A DNA stretch of 55,186 nt, taken from Candidatus Geohabitans tengchongensis. GTDB taxonomy: Bacteria > Sysuimicrobiota > Sysuimicrobiia > Sysuimicrobiales > Humicultoraceae. A program made the position numbers and the translations under genes. The DNA is taken from assembly GCA_031459625.1 (NCBI GenBank), contig JAVKIH010000015.1:1-55186 (forward strand), in the 5' to 3' direction. Below are positions 9,400-18,906 of this stretch, in pieces. How positions within the stretch are numbered: the stretch's first letter is position 1; every line of letters starts with the position of its first letter. The notes below the pieces were generated by a model, which worked only from the letters and a program-made list of their open reading frames with translations, had not been told where the DNA came from and ran no database searches.

Positions 9400-10757
9400 G
9401 GTGCACCGCTCCCCTCAACGGGCCCCCCGCGGTCTCCGAGCCAGGCGCGGATGGCCGCGGCGGCCTCCGCCCGGGCGACGGTGCGCTGCTCGCCGCGCTC
9501 CAGGTGGCGCACCTGCACCGTCCCGGTGCGGACCTCCTCCGGCCCCACCACCACCGCGGCCGGGATGCGCCGCCGGTTGGCGTAGCGGAGCTGGTCGGTC
9601 AGGCTGCGGGGCTCCAGGACGACCTCGCAGCGCAGCCCGCCGGCGCGCAGCGCCTGCGCCAGGCGCAGCGACTCCCCGCGCAGCTCCGGCTGGAAGACCG
9701 TCACCAGGACCTCCACCGTGGTAGGACGCAGGGCTGGCGGGAACATCCCGTGCGCCTGCATCACCTCGAGGATGCGCTCGATGCCGATGGTCGTCCCCGT
9801 GGCCGGGATCTCCCGGCCGGCGAAGAGGCCCACCAGGCGGTCGTACCGCCCGCCGCCGGTGAGGCTGCCGATGCGCGGCCGCTCCACCACGGTCTCGTAG
9901 ATGGGCCCCGTGTAGTACTCCAGCCCGCGCACCATGGAGGGGTCGACGCGCAGCCGTGCCCGGGGCACCCCCGCCTCGTCCAGGGTGGCCAGGATCTCCT
10001 CGAGCTCGGCGACCCCCTCGAGCGCCTCGGCCTCCCTGTCCAGGTGGCGGCGCAGGTCGGCCAGCACGGTGGCGGGGTCGCCCGAGACCTCGAGCAGCGC
10101 GAGGAGGCGCCGGATGGCCTCGGGCGGGACCTGCTGCCGCTGCAGCTCCGCCTCCACGCCCGGCAGCCCGACGCGCTCCAGCTTGTCGATGGCCCGGTAC
10201 AGCCCGCCCAGCTGGGAGGCGGGGACGCCGGCGTAGGCGCCCAGGCCGTTGAGGATCTTGCGGTTGTTCAGCCGCACGACGAAGTGCTCGAAGCCGAGCC
10301 GCCCCAGCACCTCGCAGATCACCTGGAGGATCTCGGCGTCGGCCTGGACGCTGGCCGTCCCCACGATGTCGGCGTCGCACTGGACGAACTCGCGGAAGCG
10401 GCCCCGCTGCGGGCGCTCCGCGCGCCACACCGGCGCGATCTGGTAGCGCCGGAAGGGGCGCGGCAGCTCCTGGTGCATGGCCACCACGCGCGCCAGCGGC
10501 ACCGAGAGGTCGTAGCGCAGCGCCAGGCGCTCCCGCCCCGCCGGGTGCTGGCAGTGGTAGATGAGCTTCTCGGCATCGGGACCGTACTTGCCCATGAGCG
10601 TCTCCCACAGCTCGAGCGCCGGGGTGCCGAGGGGCTCGAAGCCGTAGGCGGCGAAGACCGCCTCCACCTGCTCGATCACGTAGCGGCGGCGGATCATCTC
10701 CTCGGGCAGCAGGTCTCGCATGCCCTTCGGGAGCCGCGGCTCCACCTTCGTCACCAT
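9396..10757 (-). CDS. hisS: Histidine--tRNA ligase
   Basis: PKGMRD, LRYDLSVP, RAERPQRGRFREFVQCDAD, RGLEYYTG, GGGRYD. Confidence 0.95.
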   Translation of the reverse strand: MVTKVEPRLPKGMRDLLPEEMIRRRYVIEQVEAVFAAYGFEPLGTPALELWETLMGKYGPDAEKLIYHCQHPAGRERLALRYDLSVPLARVVAMHQELPRPFRRYQIAPVWRAERPQRGRFREFVQCDADIVGTASVQADAEILQVICEVLGRLGFEHFVVRLNNRKILNGLGAYAGVPASQLGGLYRAIDKLERVGLPGVEAELQRQQVPPEAIRRLLALLEVSGDPATVLADLRRHLDREAEALEGVAELEEILATLDEAGVPRARLRVDPSMVRGLEYYTGPIYETVVERPRIGSLTGGGRYDRLVGLFAGREIPATGTTIGIERILEVMQAHGMFPPALRPTTVEVLVTVFQPELRGESLRLAQALRAGGLRCEVVLEPRSLTDQLRYANRRRIPAAVVVGPEEVRTGTVQVRHLERGEQRTVARAEAAAAIRAWLGDRGGPVEGSGAP

Positions 10758-10811
10758 GGTGTGGCCTCCGTCCTGTCACCGCGCCCGCCGCCGTGGCCGC
10801 CCGGCGGGCGC

Positions 10812-11162
10812 AAATCGAAACGCTCCCGTCCTCAGGGACGGGAGCGTCTGCCCGTGGTGCCACCCTGCTTCGCCGTCGGGCGCCGGTCAGGCCCGGGCCG
10901 CTGCCGAACCGCCAGACCGGCTGCCGGACCGCACTGGCTCCGGACCCGGCCGCGTTCGGTCCCGTGCGTCATTGGACGCCGACGGCGCGCTCAGGCCGCG
11001 GTCACGGGCGGCGCCCGGCGGGCGGTGTCCACCCGCCGCTTGGGGGCGTCTTCAACGGCGCGGACCCCGGCGGTGCATCCCACCCCAGCCGCCGCCCATG
11101 GCGCCGGCCGGCACCGCCTCTCTCCATGGGGAGCGTCGCCTACTCCTCCCCCGCATCGCGTT
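10812..11162 (-). promoter_or_regulatory. T-box riboswitch, Asp (GAC) specifier
   Basis: T-box AAGCAGGGTGGCACCACG (10853-10870); terminator hairpin GACGCTCCCGTCC/GGACGGGAGCGTTT; stem I with GAGTA, AGAGAG, GGTGGGA and GAA-GAC-G (codon at 11048-11050). Confidence 0.9.
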
Positions 11163-11168
11163 TGGCTC

Positions 11169-11198
11169 ATTGTAGGGAGGCCGGTTGCAGGGGGTCAA
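11169..11198 (-). promoter_or_regulatory. Sigma70-type promoter of the T-box/hisS operon
   Basis: TTGACC-N18-TACAAT. Confidence 0.7.
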
Positions 11199-11226
11199 GG
11201 CGGCGTTTAGGGTGGTCGGGTCCTGC

Positions 11227-12399
11227 TCACCGGGATGCGCCACGCATGATGAGGGCGCCGAAGCCCATGAGGCCCACCGCCGCCAGCAGCACCAATGCCG
11301 TCCCCGCCCGGGGCAGCAGCGCCCCGGCCAGAAGCGGTGCCGCCACCCCGCGGACCCCCAGCAGCGTGTTGTAGATCGCCACGTAGGTCCGCACCTGGTC
11401 GGTCGGGGCGTGGCGCAGCACCGCGCTCAGCCACCCCAGGTCCAGCCCGGCCGAGGCCACCCCGTCGGCGGCGCCGGCGACCAGCACCACCCAGGGGTTC
11501 CGGGCCAGCAGGTAGACCACGGGGGCCAGGGCGCCGATGAGGAAGATGCCCGCGAGCGCCACCGGCACCGGCCGGCGGTCGAGCACCCGCCCCCAGAGGG
11601 CGTAGGCGGCCACCCACGCGGCCGAGGTGACCGCGCCCAGCAGGCCCACCTGGAAGGCCGAGGCCCGCAGCCGGTCCACCAGCAGGATGGGGATGGCCGG
11701 GGCGGCCAGCCACGCGCCGAACCCGAAGACGAAGAACCCGGCCAGGAAGCGGCGGTAGGCCGGGTCGCGGCGCAGGAGGTCGGGGACGGCGCGCACGGCG
11801 ACCGGCGGCTCGACCGTGTGGGGAGCCCCCAGGCGGATCCGGCCGAAGACCAGCCCGGAGGCGACACCGAAGAGGGCGGCGGCGGCGAAGATCCACTGGA
11901 AGGGCACGGCCTGCATGACGCGTCCGCCCACGGTCGCGGCGACGACCCAGGCGAGGGCCATCCACACCCGCACGAGCCCCAGGATGCGCGCACGCACCTC
12001 CGCCGGATACGCCTCGCGCACCACCTGGGCGTACCCCAGGCCGCCCACCGAGGCAAGCGCATGGTAGAGGAGCACCAGCGCCACGTAGGGGGCCGGCGCG
12101 TGCACCAGCGGCATGGCCAGGAGGACCGCCCGCCCCAGCGCGTGCGCCCAGACCACCAGCCGGACCGCCGGCGCACGCCGGATGAGGTTCACCCAGCCGA
12201 GGGAGGCCAGCATCACCGCCGCCGGGGCGGCCACGAGGAGGGAGACCTGCAGCGCCGAGGCGCCGAGCCGCCGCCCCATGACGGCGACGAACGGCAGGGT
12301 CAGCCCGCCGAAGAGGCCGTAGAGGATGGCCGCCGCCAGGTCGACGCGCACGGTGGGGCGGACCGGCGCCGGCACCCAGAGGAGCGTGGCGCGTCCCAT
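11227..12399 (-). CDS. MFS transporter
   Basis: About 12 hydrophobic segments; WGRVLDRR motif-A-like segment. Confidence 0.85.
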   Translation of the reverse strand: MGRATLLWVPAPVRPTVRVDLAAAILYGLFGGLTLPFVAVMGRRLGASALQVSLLVAAPAAVMLASLGWVNLIRRAPAVRLVVWAHALGRAVLLAMPLVHAPAPYVALVLLYHALASVGGLGYAQVVREAYPAEVRARILGLVRVWMALAWVVAATVGGRVMQAVPFQWIFAAAALFGVASGLVFGRIRLGAPHTVEPPVAVRAVPDLLRRDPAYRRFLAGFFVFGFGAWLAAPAIPILLVDRLRASAFQVGLLGAVTSAAWVAAYALWGRVLDRRPVPVALAGIFLIGALAPVVYLLARNPWVVLVAGAADGVASAGLDLGWLSAVLRHAPTDQVRTYVAIYNTLLGVRGVAAPLLAGALLPRAGTALVLLAAVGLMGFGALIMRGASR

Positions 12400-12546
12400 C
12401 TGCGGAGCATGCTACCCGACGGCGGGTAGGGTGTGGAGGCGCCCCGGTAGAATCAGAGCGGCTGAGGCCTCGCCGCCTGAGGCCCTCGCCGCCGGTGGCC
12501 GCCGCGGGCGGTGCGCCACCGGACGTCAGCGGACCGGAGGACGCGC

Positions 12547-13251
12547 ATGCAGGCCGTGATCCTCGCGGGCGGCAAGGGCGAGCGGCTGCGCCCCTTCACG
12601 CAGGACCGCCCCAAGGCCATGGTGGAGATCCGCGGCGTCCCGCTGCTGGAGTACCAGCTGCGCTGGCTGCGCCGCGAGGGGGTCGACCGCGCCGTCATCG
12701 CCTGCGGCTACCGGCACGAGGTGATCCAGGAGTACTTCGGGGACGGCGGGCGCGTGGGCGTGGCCCTCGAGTACGCGGTGGAGGCGGAACCGCTGGGCCG
12801 CGGCGGCGGGCTCAAGCACGGCCTGGGCCGCCTGCCGCTCGGGCCGGACGAACCGTGCGTGGCCACCAACGGCGACGTCATCACCGACCTGCGCCTGGCC
12901 GACGCCGTCGCCGCCCACCGCCGGGCGGGGCTGCCGGCCACCGTCGTCGTCGTCCCCTTCGTCAGCCCCTACGGCATCGTCGAGGTGGACGGGGAGGAGC
13001 GGGTGGCCGGCTTCCGGGAGAAGCCGCAGCTGCCCTACTGGATCAACGCCGGCATCTACATCCTCACCCCGGAGGTGATCCCGCTCCTGCCCGACCGCGG
13101 GGACCACGAGGTCACCACCTTCCCGCAGCTCAGCGCGCAGCGCCGCCTGGGCGCCTTCCGTGCGCGAGCCTTCTGGCGCGGCGTCGACACCGTGAAGGAC
13201 CTCTCCGAGGTGGCCGAGGCGATCGACCGAGGGCTGGTGCTGACCGCCTAG
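12547..13251 (+). CDS. Sugar-phosphate nucleotidyltransferase (NTP_transferase family)
   Basis: AVILAGGKGERLRP..PKAM, EPLGRGG, NGD, FREKP, INAGIY. Confidence 0.88.
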   Translation: MQAVILAGGKGERLRPFTQDRPKAMVEIRGVPLLEYQLRWLRREGVDRAVIACGYRHEVIQEYFGDGGRVGVALEYAVEAEPLGRGGGLKHGLGRLPLGPDEPCVATNGDVITDLRLADAVAAHRRAGLPATVVVVPFVSPYGIVEVDGEERVAGFREKPQLPYWINAGIYILTPEVIPLLPDRGDHEVTTFPQLSAQRRLGAFRARAFWRGVDTVKDLSEVAEAIDRGLVLTA

Positions 13252-13709
13252 CCGGCGGGCCCGCCCCCCGCCTCGCGCTCTAGCAGGATCGTCACCGGCC
13301 CCTCGTTGTGGATCTCCACCAGCATCACCGCCCCAAACCGCCCCGTGGCCACGGGGACACCGTGCGCGCGCAGGGCGTCGTTGAAGACCTCGTAGAGCGC
13401 CTCGGCGGCGGCGGGCTCGGCCGCCTCGAGGAAGGACGGCCGCCGCCCGCGGGTGGTGTCGGCGTAGAGGGTGAACTGGGAGACGCTCAGCACCGCGCCC
13501 CCCACCTCCAGCAGGGAGCGGTTCATCTTCCCGGCGTCGTCCTCGAAGATGCGCAGGTGGACGAGCTTGGCCGCCAGCTCGCGCGCCACCGCCGCTGTGT
13601 CGCCGCGGCGCACCCCCACGAACGCGACGACCCCGCGGCCGATCTCCCCCACCACCGCCCCGTCCACGCGCACCGCCGCCCGGCGCACGCGCTGGACGAC
13701 CAGGCGCAT
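13248..13709 (-). CDS. dtd: D-aminoacyl-tRNA deacylase
   Basis: MRLVVQRV, SQFTL, GRRPSF, NEGPVT. Confidence 0.95.
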   Translation of the reverse strand: MRLVVQRVRRAAVRVDGAVVGEIGRGVVAFVGVRRGDTAAVARELAAKLVHLRIFEDDAGKMNRSLLEVGGAVLSVSQFTLYADTTRGRRPSFLEAAEPAAAEALYEVFNDALRAHGVPVATGRFGAVMLVEIHNEGPVTILLEREAGGGPAG

Positions 13710-14914
13710 CAGCCGCCGACCCGCTCCCGCACCTGCCCGAGCCGCGTCGCCACCGCCTCCAGCGTCTCCGCGCGCTTGGGGAAGGCGAAGCGCACGTACC
13801 GGCGCCCCAGCGCGGGGTCGTGGAAGAAGGAGGAGCCAGGCACCGTCGCCACCCCGCCCTCGGCGGCCAGCCGGTGGGCGAAGGCCACGTCGTCCTCGCC
13901 GCCGAGCGCCGTGAAGTCGGCCATCACGTAGTAGGCGCCCTGCGGGACCACGGGACGAAAGCCGGCCTGCCGCAGGATCGCCACCAGGCGGTCGCGCCGG
14001 GCCTGGTAGGCGGCGGCCAGCTCCGCGTAGTAGGAGCGCGGGAAGCGCAGTGCCACCGCCCCCGCCTCCTGCAGCGGCGCCGCCGCCCCCACGGTGAGGA
14101 AGTCGTGCGCCCGCCGGATGCCGTCGGTCACCGCGGCGTCGCGGACGATGCACCACCCCACCCGCCATCCGGTGACGCTGTAGGTCTTGGAGAGGCTGTT
14201 CACCGTGATGGTGCGCTCGGCCATGCCCGGCAGCGCCGCCAGCGAGCAGTGCGCGGCGCCGTCGTAGAGGAGGTGCTCGTAGACCTCGTCGGTGATGGCG
14301 AAGGCGTCGACGGTGCGGCACAGGTCGGCGATGAGCTCGAGCTCCGGGCGGGTGAAGACCTTGCCGCTGGGGTTGTGCGGCGTGTTCACGATGATGGCGC
14401 GGGTGCGCCGGGTGACGGCAGCGCGGAGCTCGTCCGGGTCGAAGGGGATGCCCGGCCGGTCCAGGTCCAGCCGCACGTACCGCGGCACCGCTCCCGACAG
14501 CAGCGCGTCGGGCCCGTAGTTCTCGTAGAAGGGCTCGAAGACGACCACCTCGTCCCCGGGGTCGACCACCGCCAGCAGCGCCGCCATCATCGCCTCGGTG
14601 GCGCCGCAGGTCACGGTGACGTGGCGGTCGGGGTCCACCTCCACGCTGTTGTACCAGGCGAACTTCTCGGCGATGGCCGCCCGCAGGCGCGGCGAGCCCC
14701 AGGTGATGGCGTACTGGTTGTAGCCCTCCCGCAGCGCCGCCACGGCCGCCTCCAGGAGCTCGGCGGGCGGGTCGAAGTCGGGGAACCCCTGGGCCAGGTT
14801 GATGGCCCCGTGGAGGGTGGCCACCCGGGTCATCTCCCGGATGACCGACTCGGTGAACAGGCTGACGCGCTGCGCGGTGCGGCCCCGCGTCCGGGGCCCC
14901 TCGCCGAGGGACAT
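13709..14914 (-). CDS. PLP-dependent aminotransferase class I/II
   Basis: INLAQGFPD, NTPHNPSG, DEVY, SLSKTYSVTGWRVG. Confidence 0.9.
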   Translation of the reverse strand: MSLGEGPRTRGRTAQRVSLFTESVIREMTRVATLHGAINLAQGFPDFDPPAELLEAAVAALREGYNQYAITWGSPRLRAAIAEKFAWYNSVEVDPDRHVTVTCGATEAMMAALLAVVDPGDEVVVFEPFYENYGPDALLSGAVPRYVRLDLDRPGIPFDPDELRAAVTRRTRAIIVNTPHNPSGKVFTRPELELIADLCRTVDAFAITDEVYEHLLYDGAAHCSLAALPGMAERTITVNSLSKTYSVTGWRVGWCIVRDAAVTDGIRRAHDFLTVGAAAPLQEAGAVALRFPRSYYAELAAAYQARRDRLVAILRQAGFRPVVPQGAYYVMADFTALGGEDDVAFAHRLAAEGGVATVPGSSFFHDPALGRRYVRFAFPKRAETLEAVATRLGQVRERVGG

Positions 14915-14940
14915 CCGCTCCCTCCCCTGCGGCGCCCGCC

Positions 14941-15393
14941 CTACCCGTGGAGGAGCTGGCGGACCAGCTCGCGGGCGTCGTAATAGACGCGGTGGCGGGT
15001 GATCCGCCCGTCCCGCACCTCCCAGAAGGCCGCGAAGGGGTGGCGGTAGGCGCGCGGGGCGGCGGGGACGCGGCCCGGGAGGCGCAGGTGGATGGTGCGG
15101 TGGCGCCCCGTCACCGTCCCCTCGGCGGAGACCCGGTCCCCGTCCACCAGGAGCGCGTCCAGCGTCACCACCTCCTCCCACTCGCGGAAGAAGCCCTCGA
15201 AAGCCCGCCGGATGTGCTCGCGGCCGCGCACGGCCGGGCTCGAGGGAAACTCCAGCACCGCGTCCTCGGCGTAGAGCGCCACGAGGGCCTCCAGGTCGCG
15301 GCGGTTGAGCGCCTCCACCTGGCGGCGCACCACCGCGGCCGCCGCGCGGCCGCCGGCCGCCCCCGCGGGCCGCCGGCCGGGGCGCCCCCGCAC
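14941..15393 (-). CDS. NTF2/SnoaL-like protein
   Basis: ALNRRDLEALVALYAEDA..GREHI..DGRITRHRVYYD; start approximate. Confidence 0.8.
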   Translation of the reverse strand: MRGRPGRRPAGAAGGRAAAAVVRRQVEALNRRDLEALVALYAEDAVLEFPSSPAVRGREHIRRAFEGFFREWEEVVTLDALLVDGDRVSAEGTVTGRHRTIHLRLPGRVPAAPRAYRHPFAAFWEVRDGRITRHRVYYDARELVRQLLHG

Positions 15394-15406
15394 CGCGGGC
15401 CGCTCC

Positions 15407-17626
15407 CTACTCCGGGAGGACCCGCTCGACATTGAAGACATCGCTGACCTGGCTGACCCTCTGGACCACGGAGCGGAGCTGCTCCAGGTTGTGCACGTCC
15501 AGCACAATGTTCACGATGGCCACCTTGTCCTTGCGCACCCGCGCGTTCACCGAGACGACATTGGTGCGGGACTCGGCGATGGCCGCCAGCACGTCCTTGA
15601 GCAGGCCCACCCGGTCGAAGGCCTCCACCTCCACCTCGACCGGGTAGCTGCCGTTCTGCAGGCTCTCCCACTCCACCTCCAGGAGGCGCTCGGGGTGGCT
15701 GCGCAGGAAGGCCATGTTCGGGCAGTCGGCCCGGTGGACGGCGACCCCGCGCCCGCGCGTCACGTACCCGACGATGCGGTCCCCCGGCAGCGGGGTGCAG
15801 CAGCGGGAGAAGCGCACGAGCGCGTTGTCGACGCCGCGCACGCGCACGCCCCCCCGCGCCCCCCGGGCCGCCGGAGGGGCGGCGCCGTCGGGCGGCGCCG
15901 GCTCGGCCGCCGCCGGGGTCTCTCCCCGCAGCGCCTGGACGACGGAGAGGATCGAGACGTCGCCGTTGCCCACCGCCGCCAGGAGCTCCTCCTCCGAGGG
16001 CAGCCCGAGGGTGCGGGCCACCTCCCGCAGGCGCTCCGTCCGCAGGGCCGCCACCCCTCCGCCGGTGCGCCGCAGCTCCTTCTCCAGCAGCTCCCGCCCC
16101 CGCTGGATGTTCTCCTCGCGCCGCTCCCGCTTGAACCACTGCTTGATCTTCGTGCGGGCGTTGCTGGTGGCGACGAAGGTCAGCCAGTCGCGGCTGGGTC
16201 CGCTGGCGGTCTTACTGGTGATGATCTCGACGATGTCCCCCGTGCGCAGCCGGTAGGAGAGAGGGACGAGCCGCCCGTTCACCCGGGCGCCGGTGGCCCG
16301 GTGCCCCACCTCGGTGTGGATGCGGTAGGCGAAGTCGATGGGGGTGGCGCCGGCCGGCAGGTCGACCACGTCGCCCTTGGGGGTGAAGACGAAGACCTCG
16401 TTCTGGAAGAGGTCGAGCCGCACCGACTGGACGAAGGCGCGGGCGTCCTGCACCTCCTGGTGCCACTCCAGGAGCTGGCGCAGCCAGGAGAGCTTCTGCT
16501 CCAGGGCGCGCTCGGCCGGCTTCCCCTCCTTGTACTTCCAGTGGGCGGCGATGCCGTACTCCGCCTCGTGGTGCATCTGGGCGGTGCGGATCTGGATCTC
16601 CAGCGGCTCCCCCTCGTAGAGGACCGCGGTGTGCAGGGACTGGTAGCCGGTGGTCTTCGGGTTGGCGATGTAGTCGTCGAACTCGCCGGGGATGGGCCGC
16701 CACAGCGAGTGGACCACGCCCAGCGCCGCGTAGCACTCCGGCACCGTGTCGACGATGATGCGCACGCCCAGCCGGTCGTAGATGCGGGCCACCGAGGCCC
16801 CCGCATACTTGGGCCGCTGCATCTTCCGCCAGATGGAGTAGATGTGCTTCGGCCGGGCGCTGATGCTGTAGCGCTCCACCCGGATCCCCGCGCGGTTGAG
16901 CTCCCGGTGCAGCACGTCGATCACCCGGTCGAGGAAGGCCGTGCGCTGCTCCTCCGCCTGGGCCAGCTGGGTGGCGATGTCCTGGTAGGCCTCGGGGTTG
17001 AGCTCGCGGAAGGCCAGGTCCTCCAGCTCCGACTGGAGCTGCCCGATGCCCAGCCGCTCGGCCAGCGGTGCGTAGATGTCCAGGGTCTCCTGGGCGGTGC
17101 GCTTGCGCTTCCACTCGGGCAGGGGGGCCAGGGTGCGCATGTTGTGCAGCCGGTCGGCCAGCTTGATGAGCACGATGCGGATGTCGTTGGCCATGGCGAG
17201 GAACATCTTGCGCAGGCTCTCCGCCTGCCGCTCCTCGCGCGTCTGCCACTGGATGCGGCCCAGCTTGGTGACGCCGTCGACCAGCCCGGCGATCTCCGCG
17301 CCGAAGCGCTCCTCCACCTGCTGGAGGGTGACCCCCGTGTCCTCGGCCACGTCGTGCAGCAACGCCGCGGCGAGGGTCACCGGGTCCAGCCGCAGGTCGG
17401 CCAGGATGCGGGCCACGGCCAGGGAGTGCTGGACGTAGGGTTCGCCGGAGGCGCGGGTCTGGCCGCGGTGGGCCTCCTCAGCGAAGAGGTAGGCGTCGCG
17501 CAGGACGTCCAGGTCGGCGCGGGGGAAGTGCGCCCGGACCCGGGCGATGAGCTCCTGCACGTCCCGGGGCAGGTCCTGAAACGCGCTCTGATGGCGGCGC
17601 TGCTCGAGCCACTTCACCGTGGTCAC
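15407..17626 (-). CDS. relA: Bifunctional (p)ppGpp synthetase/hydrolase Rel
   Basis: HRGQTRASGEPY, LLHDVAED, KLADRLHNMRT, GYQSLHT, TGS and ACT domains. Confidence 0.96.
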   Translation of the reverse strand: MTTVKWLEQRRHQSAFQDLPRDVQELIARVRAHFPRADLDVLRDAYLFAEEAHRGQTRASGEPYVQHSLAVARILADLRLDPVTLAAALLHDVAEDTGVTLQQVEERFGAEIAGLVDGVTKLGRIQWQTREERQAESLRKMFLAMANDIRIVLIKLADRLHNMRTLAPLPEWKRKRTAQETLDIYAPLAERLGIGQLQSELEDLAFRELNPEAYQDIATQLAQAEEQRTAFLDRVIDVLHRELNRAGIRVERYSISARPKHIYSIWRKMQRPKYAGASVARIYDRLGVRIIVDTVPECYAALGVVHSLWRPIPGEFDDYIANPKTTGYQSLHTAVLYEGEPLEIQIRTAQMHHEAEYGIAAHWKYKEGKPAERALEQKLSWLRQLLEWHQEVQDARAFVQSVRLDLFQNEVFVFTPKGDVVDLPAGATPIDFAYRIHTEVGHRATGARVNGRLVPLSYRLRTGDIVEIITSKTASGPSRDWLTFVATSNARTKIKQWFKRERREENIQRGRELLEKELRRTGGGVAALRTERLREVARTLGLPSEEELLAAVGNGDVSILSVVQALRGETPAAAEPAPPDGAAPPAARGARGGVRVRGVDNALVRFSRCCTPLPGDRIVGYVTRGRGVAVHRADCPNMAFLRSHPERLLEVEWESLQNGSYPVEVEVEAFDRVGLLKDVLAAIAESRTNVVSVNARVRKDKVAIVNIVLDVHNLEQLRSVVQRVSQVSDVFNVERVLPE

Positions 17627-17737
17627 CGGCGGCCGGCGCTGTCGCCGCTGCGGGCCCTCGACGGTGGCCGGCCGGGGGCCGACAAGGCTTTCCTCTTAGG
17701 GTAACACGAACGGGCCGTCTGCGCGACGGCAAGGGCC

Positions 17738-18790
17738 TCAGGGCGTGGTCTGGATCAGCTCCCGATAGGCGTCGTAGGCGGGCTTGGGCCGGGCCGCCCC
17801 GTCCAGGACGCCGTAGCTGCGCGCCTCCGGGTTGGCGTCGGAGTCGTGCAGCTTGAACCAGAAGACCTTGGCCGCCCCCAGCGAGCGCAGGACCGGCAGG
17901 TGGTCCCGCAGCCACTGCGCCTGGCCTTGCGGTCCCTGGTAGCGCGGGTCGGTGAACCCCTTGGCGGCCTGCTCGGCCGGGTCGCTGGGGTAGTCGGTCT
18001 CCGTGACCCAGATCGGCCTGTCTCCGACCCCGAAGCGGGTCAGGGTGGACCGCACGTAGTCCATCTTCGCCTGCATCCACTCCGGGCGGTAGACGTGGGC
18101 GGTCATCACGTCGAAGTTCGGCCCCGCCGGGTACTGCGGGTCGCTCAGGATGTCTTCCAGGAAGTCCGGGTCGAGCAGCCTGCCGCCCAGGGCCAGCCCG
18201 CCCAGCACCACCCGGGCGCGCGGGTTGGCGCTGCGGACGGCCTGGGCGGTCACCTGGAGCCAGTAGGCGTACTGCTGCGGCGTGCCCCGCCAGGCGCCCA
18301 GCAGGTCCGGCTCGTTCCAGACCTCCCAGTCCAGCACCTGCGGGTATTGCCCGACGAAGCGGGCCACGAACTCCCGCCAGGCCCGCTCGTCCCGGGGCGG
18401 GTAGAAGATCACCTCTTCTGCGGGAGTGCCCGGCGGCGCGGAGGAGTTCCACGCCGGCGGCCAGCCCAGCTGCACGAGCAGCCGCAGCCCCAGGCCGGCA
18501 GCCTCTGAGACCACCTGCGTCCAGATGGCGTCGTTCCAGTCCACCGGCCCGGTGGGCTGGACGCGGCTCTGCCCGACGGCGAAGCGCACGTACCCGATGC
18601 CGGCCTGACTGGCCAGCTGGAACGCCTGGGGGGTCACCGGAGCCGGGAAGCCGGCGCCGGTGGAGACCCCCCAGACGGGATCCCCTGGCGGCTGCGGGAG
18701 CGCGCCGGCGCTCCCGCAGCCGCCCGCCATCAGCGTGGCCATCACCAGCAGACCGGTGCGAATGCCGTCCGCCGTCAGACGCCAACCCAC
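17738..18790 (-). CDS. Lipoprotein glycoside hydrolase, clan GH-A (GH39/GH5-like)
   Basis: Lipobox-like MAGGC; WEVWNEPD acid/base and PIWVTE nucleophile motifs; PKPAY C-terminus; GTG start with GAGGAG. Confidence 0.75.
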   Translation of the reverse strand: MGWRLTADGIRTGLLVMATLMAGGCGSAGALPQPPGDPVWGVSTGAGFPAPVTPQAFQLASQAGIGYVRFAVGQSRVQPTGPVDWNDAIWTQVVSEAAGLGLRLLVQLGWPPAWNSSAPPGTPAEEVIFYPPRDERAWREFVARFVGQYPQVLDWEVWNEPDLLGAWRGTPQQYAYWLQVTAQAVRSANPRARVVLGGLALGGRLLDPDFLEDILSDPQYPAGPNFDVMTAHVYRPEWMQAKMDYVRSTLTRFGVGDRPIWVTETDYPSDPAEQAAKGFTDPRYQGPQGQAQWLRDHLPVLRSLGAAKVFWFKLHDSDANPEARSYGVLDGAARPKPAYDAYRELIQTTP

Positions 18791-18906
18791 CGCTCTCCTC
18801 CGTCGTGTACCGGCCCGACCTCCCTGTCCGAGACGTCCGAGGGACGGGCAGGGTTTAGGGCGGAGAGGCTGAAAGGCCGGACGGGCCTCGACCGGAGGGA
18901 ATCCCG

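Noticed and set aside
10812..11162. His-specific T-box
   Set aside because: The GAC specifier and UGGC bulge both indicate Asp.
18791..18906. c-di-GMP riboswitch or sigma-28 promoter upstream of the glycoside hydrolase
   Set aside because: No convincing match to either consensus.
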